From Cetorhinus maximus (lineage: Eukaryota): a stretch of DNA of 64,000 nt. Position numbers and translations under genes: made by a program. The stretch is from positions 496,001 through 560,000 of the forward strand of contig NW_027596135.1 in NCBI RefSeq assembly GCF_964194155.1, written 5' to 3'. Position 1 is the stretch's first letter, and each line of letters begins with the position of its first letter. Below are positions 59,047-64,000 of this stretch, in pieces. The notes under the pieces are model-generated. The model saw only the letters and a list, made by a program, of their open reading frames with translations, did no database searches and had not been told where the DNA came from.

Positions 59047-62000
59047 GTGAGTAAACAGAGGAGGAGGAGGAGGGTGGATGGGGCACGGAGGGGAGGGGAG
59101 GCGGTCGCGAGGGGTGCGGGTAGAGTCTCCAATTTTAAACCAGAGAAAATAAGTTTGCTTCTGTTTTTAATCTCCAAGCACTTCTGAAGCTTCCCCGCTG
59201 CATTGCACAGCAAGATTCCAGGCGTTAACGCAGGATGGGGTCACGGCCAGGGTTGAGGGGGAACTTCCTGAGGACATCCCATCCCTCCCGCCTCCTTCTC
59301 TGCTGTTCATTCCAATTGTTCCTTTCACCATTTTCCCAAATATCCGCATTGAGACAGGTTTCTTTCGGAGCTGACTCAGAATGTGGAGTTCAGGCCATTC
59401 GACCCCCTCGTCCTAGCCTGATCATCCCTTCAATGTGATCGTGGTGGACCTCTGTTCTCAGTCCCGTCTTTTCCTGAAATGCCTTAATTCCCAAAACACC
59501 TGTCTCCACTTTCCCGCCTCCTCCCTGTATCCCTGAATCCCCCAATCAACAATCTAACTTCACCCTCTCGTCCACTCCTCATATCCCTTAATCCCCCTCA
59601 ATCAAAAATTTATCTCCACTTTCTTGCCTGCTCCCCATATCCCTTAATCCCCCCCAATCAAAAATTTATCTCCATTTTCCTGCCTGCTCCCCGTATCCCT
59701 TAATCCCCCAATCAAAAATTTATCTCCGTCCTCCGCCCAGTCCTCATATCCCTGAGTCCCCCAATCAAAAATCTATCTTCATCCTCCCGTCCACTCCCTG
59801 TATCCCTTAATCCCCCAATCAAAAATTTATCTCCACTTTCCCGCCCACTCCCCGTATCCCTTAATCCCCCAATCAAAAATTTATCTCCACTTTTCCGCCT
59901 GCTCCCCGTATCCCTCAATCAAAAATCTATCTCCACCCTCCGCCCGCTCCCCATATCCCTCAATCCCCAAATCAAAAATCTATCTCCACTTTCCCACCCA
60001 CTCCCCGTATCCCTTAACTCCCCAATCAAAAATCTACCTCCGCTCCTTCTCCCACTCCCCGTATCCCTTAACCCCCCCAATGAAAAATTTATCTCCACTT
60101 TCCGCCCACTCCCCGTATCCCTTAATTCCCTCAATGCCGGGAAATCTCTCGATCTCCGTATCGAATGTGACTGATAATCCTCTGGGGTCGAGAATTCCAA
60201 AGATTCACGACCCTTGGAGTGAAGAAATTTCCCCTCCTCAGTCTGAAATGGCCAACCCCTCACCCTGAGACTGTAACCCCGCTTTGTGTTCTAGACTCTC
60301 CAGCCGGGGTGGGGGGGGAGTAGATGGGGAACAGCCTCTCAGCATTGACCCTGTCAAATACTCCCAGAATTTCATACGTTTCAATGAGATCACTTCTCAT
60401 TCTCCTAAACACCATAGAATGGGCTGATAAGTGGCAACTAATATCCGTGCCACCTAAGTGCCAGTCAATGGCTATCTCCAACAAGGGAGAATCTAACCAT
60501 CGCCCCTTGACAATCAATGGCATTATTATTGCTGAATTGCCCCACTATCAACATCCTGACCAGAAACTGAACTGGGCTAGCCACATAAATACTATGGCTA
60601 CAAGAGCAGGTCAGAGGCTGGGAATCCTGCGGTGAGTAATTCACCTCCTGATCACCCAAAGCCTGTCCACCATCTACAAGGCACAAGTCAGGAGTGTGAT
60701 GGAATACTCCCCACTTGCCTGGATGAGTGCAGCTCCCACAACACTCAAGAAGCTCGAAACCTTCCATGACAAAGCAGCCCCGCTTGATTGACACCCCATC
60801 CACAAACATTCACTCCCTCCACCATCGACGCACAGGGGCAGCAGTGTGTGTACCATCTACAAGATGCACTGCAGCAACTCACCAAGGCTCCTTTGACAGT
60901 GCCGCCCAAACCCACGACTGCTACCATCTAGTATGACAAGGACAGCAGGTATGTGGGAACACCACCACCTGGAAGTTCCCCTCTGAGCCACTCACCATCC
61001 TGACTTGGAAATATATCGGTCGTTCCTTCACTGTCGCTGGGTCAAAATCCTGGAACTCCCTCCCTAACAGCACTGTGAGTGTACCCGCACCACACGGGCT
61101 GCAGCGTTTCAAGAAGGCGGCTCACCACCACCTTCTCAAAGGGTAATTAGGAATGGGTAACCAATGTTCACATCCCGGAAATGAATTAAAGAAAATATTG
61201 TTCCAAACTACTCAATCTCCGATCTCCTCATTGGGCTGCATCCTCATCCCAGTAAGCAGTCTAGGTTGGACCAACACAGGCTGTAGGAGTTGAGTTTGCA
61301 GGTACAGCAAGTCATTAGGAAGGCAAAGGGAATGTTGGCCTTTATTGCAAGAGGGATGGAGTGTAACAGTTGGGAAGTCTTGTTACAACCGTACAGGGCA
61401 TTGGTGAGACCGCACCTGGAATACTGTGTACAGTTTTGATCTCCTTACTTACGGTGAGGTATACTTTAAGATCCTGAGGGGACTTGACAGGGTGGATGTG
61501 GAGAGGATGTTTCCTCTTGTGGGAGAATGTAGAACTAGGGGGTCACTGTTTAAAAATAAGGGGTTGCCCATTTAAGACAGAGATGAAGAGAAATTTTTTC
61601 TCTCAGAGGGTCGTGAGCCTTTGGAACTCTCTTCCTCAAAAGGCAGTGGAAGCAGAATCTTTGAATATTTTTTAAGGCAGAGGTGGATAGATTCTTGATT
61701 AATAAGGGGGTGAAAGGTTATCGGGGTAGGTGGGAATGTGGGGTTTGAGTTACATGCAGATTAGCCATGATCTTATTGAATGGTGGAGCAGGCTCAAGGG
61801 GCTGAGTGCCCTTCACCTGCTCCTAATTTGTATGTTCGCATGTTCTTGCATTGGAAGCAATTCAGAAAAGGTTCGCTTGGATGATTCCTGGGATGAAGGA
61901 GTTTGTCTTACGGGGAAAGGTTGAGCACGTTGGGCCATTGGAGTTTAGAAGAATGAGAGGTGATCTTATTGAAACATGTCAGATTCTGAGGGGAGGGCTT

Positions 62001-62634
62001 GACAGGGTGGATGCTGAGAGGATGTTTCCCCCTCGTGGGAGAATCTAGAATGAGGTGGGGGGCACAGTTTCACAATAAGGGGTCTCCCATTGAAGGTGGA
62101 AATAAGGAAGAATTTCTTCTCTCAGAGGGTTGTCAGTCTGTGGAATTCTCTCCCCCAGAGAGCAGTGGAGGCTGGATCACTGAATATATTCAAGGCCAAG
62201 TTAGACAGATTTTTGTTTGACAAGGGAGCCGAGGGTTTATGGGGGGGGCGGTGGTGGGCAGGAAAGGGAGTTGAGGCCACAGTCAGAACAGCCATGGTCT
62301 TATTGAATGAGGGAAGCAGGCTCGAGGGGCCGAATCCAAAGGGCATTTTTCTTCACGTTTTTACCCCTTTCAGACAGATGGAAGGTGTCATTAGCTTGCT
62401 TTGTGATGGACAATCCCAGCCCGCTGGAGATGGCATGTGAGCTCACAACCAACGACCGAATCTTCCTTTACTATGACAGCACGACACCCAGTGTCCAGTT
62501 CCTCGAGAGTGGCTTCGAGGATTACCGTGGCATTTTTGAGGAACTCGTGCAGGGTCGTGACAGGGCCCTGGTATCGTTCCGGAGGATGATCGCCCTAACG
62601 GCTGCAGCGACCAGCCACTCAAGCCCCCCAGACG
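58977..62634 (+). CDS. WA: MHC W-category (class II-like) alpha chain gene 2, partial (leader + alpha1; remainder presumably beyond the window)
   Basis: Leader 58977-59046 and alpha1 62374-62634, phase 1; head-to-head with WB-2. Confidence 0.75.
59500..60135. repeat. ~50-bp tandem repeat amplified from a LINE 3' segment
   Basis: About 12 copies of CCCCAATCAAAAATTTATCTCCACTTTCCCGCCCACTCCCCGTATCCCTTAAT. Confidence 0.85.
60415..61195 (+). mobile_element. HER1-like LINE 3' fragment
   Basis: WADKWQL..PPKCQSM RT-end remnant plus shared tail. Confidence 0.8.
61295..62335 (+). mobile_element. CR1-type LINE 3' fragments
   Basis: KRNFFSQRVVSLWNSLP-type segment occurs twice. Confidence 0.82.
62374..62634 (+). 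CDS. WA: WA-2 alpha1 exon
   Basis: DRWKVSLACFVMDN..MACELTTNDRIFLYYDS..VQFLESGFEDY...ATSHSSPPD; TTNDRIFLYYD aligns with TTDDMTFAYYN of WA-1; 261 nt. Confidence 0.8.
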
Positions 62635-63554
62635 GTGAGTCCGGGTCAGGGAGGGCCGCAGCTCCGAGCGGGGGCGGGTGAGGACCCCACCCCCGTTCGC
62701 TCGGCGCCCTCACCGAGGCCTTGGGCTGCCACGTGGCACCCCAGGGCTGCTGTGCCGGTCTCGTGCCGCCACTGCCGTAACCCCAGTCCTTGTACAGGTA
62801 CCGCAGCACATACCGCGCAGGACATTCCGCGGTGCAGAAGGTCGGAGGTGAGAACCTGGCACCCGCGCTGCCACACTTTTGCCAGAGGTTTGATTAAAAG
62901 AGAGAGAGGGAAGAGGGAGAGGGCACAGGGGCTGGGGTAGCGGGATCTGGCATTGACAAGGTCCGCAGTGAACTCTGTGACACCGATTCTACACAACTGT
63001 CCTTTCTTGGGTGACTGACACTCTGCACGGGGCCAGTGTGAGTGCTGCATTGGCAGAGGGTCTGGGTCCCTCGGCTGATGCCCTGTTTGGCTGTTAGATT
63101 AAAGACGGCATCGGCATTGTTAGGGAGAAGTGCCCGGTTTACGCAGGATGTCCCGCCAGCCCCATATCAGCGGCCAAGGGCAAAGAACTCCCATCATCTC
63201 TAGGCGTCGCCACGCGGTGACATCACAGCACAGCATCACCCAATCAAATTCAAATCTCCTTAAGCGGGGTGGGTGGGGACGGGTGGGGGTGAAGCCAGGG
63301 GGCGCTCTGATTGGCTGGGACTTTTGGCAGACTGCGATGGGATTGACAGGGTTTGCATTTCATTGCGGGATGGTGCGTCAGCAGCAAGCGTCAGTCTGGC
63401 TGCGATAGGGGCGAGCAGGGGCGGGGGGGGGCGGCGTCTGAATAATTTCGTTTCTGATCGTGTCAGTGATTAGTGTTTTGAAATTTGCTGCAAATGCGCT
63501 TGCATTTTTTTTATAATTAGTGACCCTGGGTGGAAGTCAATAAGGTAATGACTC

Positions 63555-63672
63555 AAAACAAAATAAAAACAGAATTACCTGGAAAAACTCAGCAAGTCTG
63601 GCAGCATCGGCGGAGAAGAATGCTGTCAGACTTGCTGAGTTTTTCCAGGTAATTCTGTTTTTATTTTGTTTT
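63555..63672. repeat. Near-perfect ~53-bp hairpin
   Basis: AAAACAAAATAAAAACAGAATTACCTGGAAAAACTCAGCAAGTCTGGCAGCAT, 12-nt loop, then its reverse complement with one mismatch. Confidence 0.88.
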
Positions 63673-63734
63673 GGATTTCCAGCATCCGCAGTAGCTTTTA
63701 GCTTTTTGTTTTTATCTGAAGGTAATGACTCATC

Positions 63735-63992
63735 TGATTATGACTTCAACTCCCAACATTCCCACCCACCCCTGATAACCTTTCACCCACTTTTTATCAA
63801 GCGTCTTTCTAACTTTGCCTTAAAAATATTCAAAGACTGCTTCCACTGCCTTTTGAGGAAGAGAGTTCCAAAGACTCTCGACCCTCTGAGAGAAAAAATT
63901 CTCCTCATCTCTGTCTTAAATGGGCGACCCCTAATTTTTAAACAGCGACCCCTGGTTCTAGATTCCCCCACAAGAAGAACCATCCTTTCCAT
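63735..63992 (-). mobile_element. CR1-type LINE 3' fragment
   Basis: GESRTRGRCLKIRGRPFKTEMRR. Confidence 0.8.
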
Positions 63993-64000
63993 GTGACGCA

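Noticed and set aside
21105-62634. Classical MHC class II or DM assignment
   Set aside because: No beta2 NGDW Trp, no canonical beta1 disulfide, b2m-like alpha2, and no YTPL-type DM motif found

Overview
Eukaryotic, repeat-rich vertebrate DNA. The CR1/HER1-type LINEs, HE1-type tRNA SINEs, Penelope remnants and satellites point to a cartilaginous fish (shark-like). I reconstructed five intron-containing immune genes by hand, with consistent GT-AG sites and exon phases. (1) A SIT1-like transmembrane adaptor gene (minus, 1347-8770). (2-5) A cluster of MHC alpha/beta genes in two head-to-head pairs: alpha-1 (minus, 21105-30979) with beta-1 (plus, 32633-~45303), and beta-2 (minus, ~50079-58701) with alpha-2 (plus, 58977 to beyond the window end). 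These genes have class II exon/domain architecture and class II-type transmembrane helices. Their interdomain residues are class I/beta2-microglobulin-type: the alpha2 domain resembles b2m (FTFDNSWMF), beta1 resembles class I alpha2 (HMLQ..., FAYDG), and beta2 resembles class I alpha3 (LPNTDGTFQ, without the class II Trp). This best fits the ancient MHC W-category (WA/WB) rather than classical class II. The two pairs are highly divergent, lack the canonical beta1 disulfide and appear to have multi-exon Ser/Thr-rich beta tails. The long ORFs in the supplied track are mostly artefacts of satellites and LINE fragments. All family assignments come from motif recognition; no database search was run.
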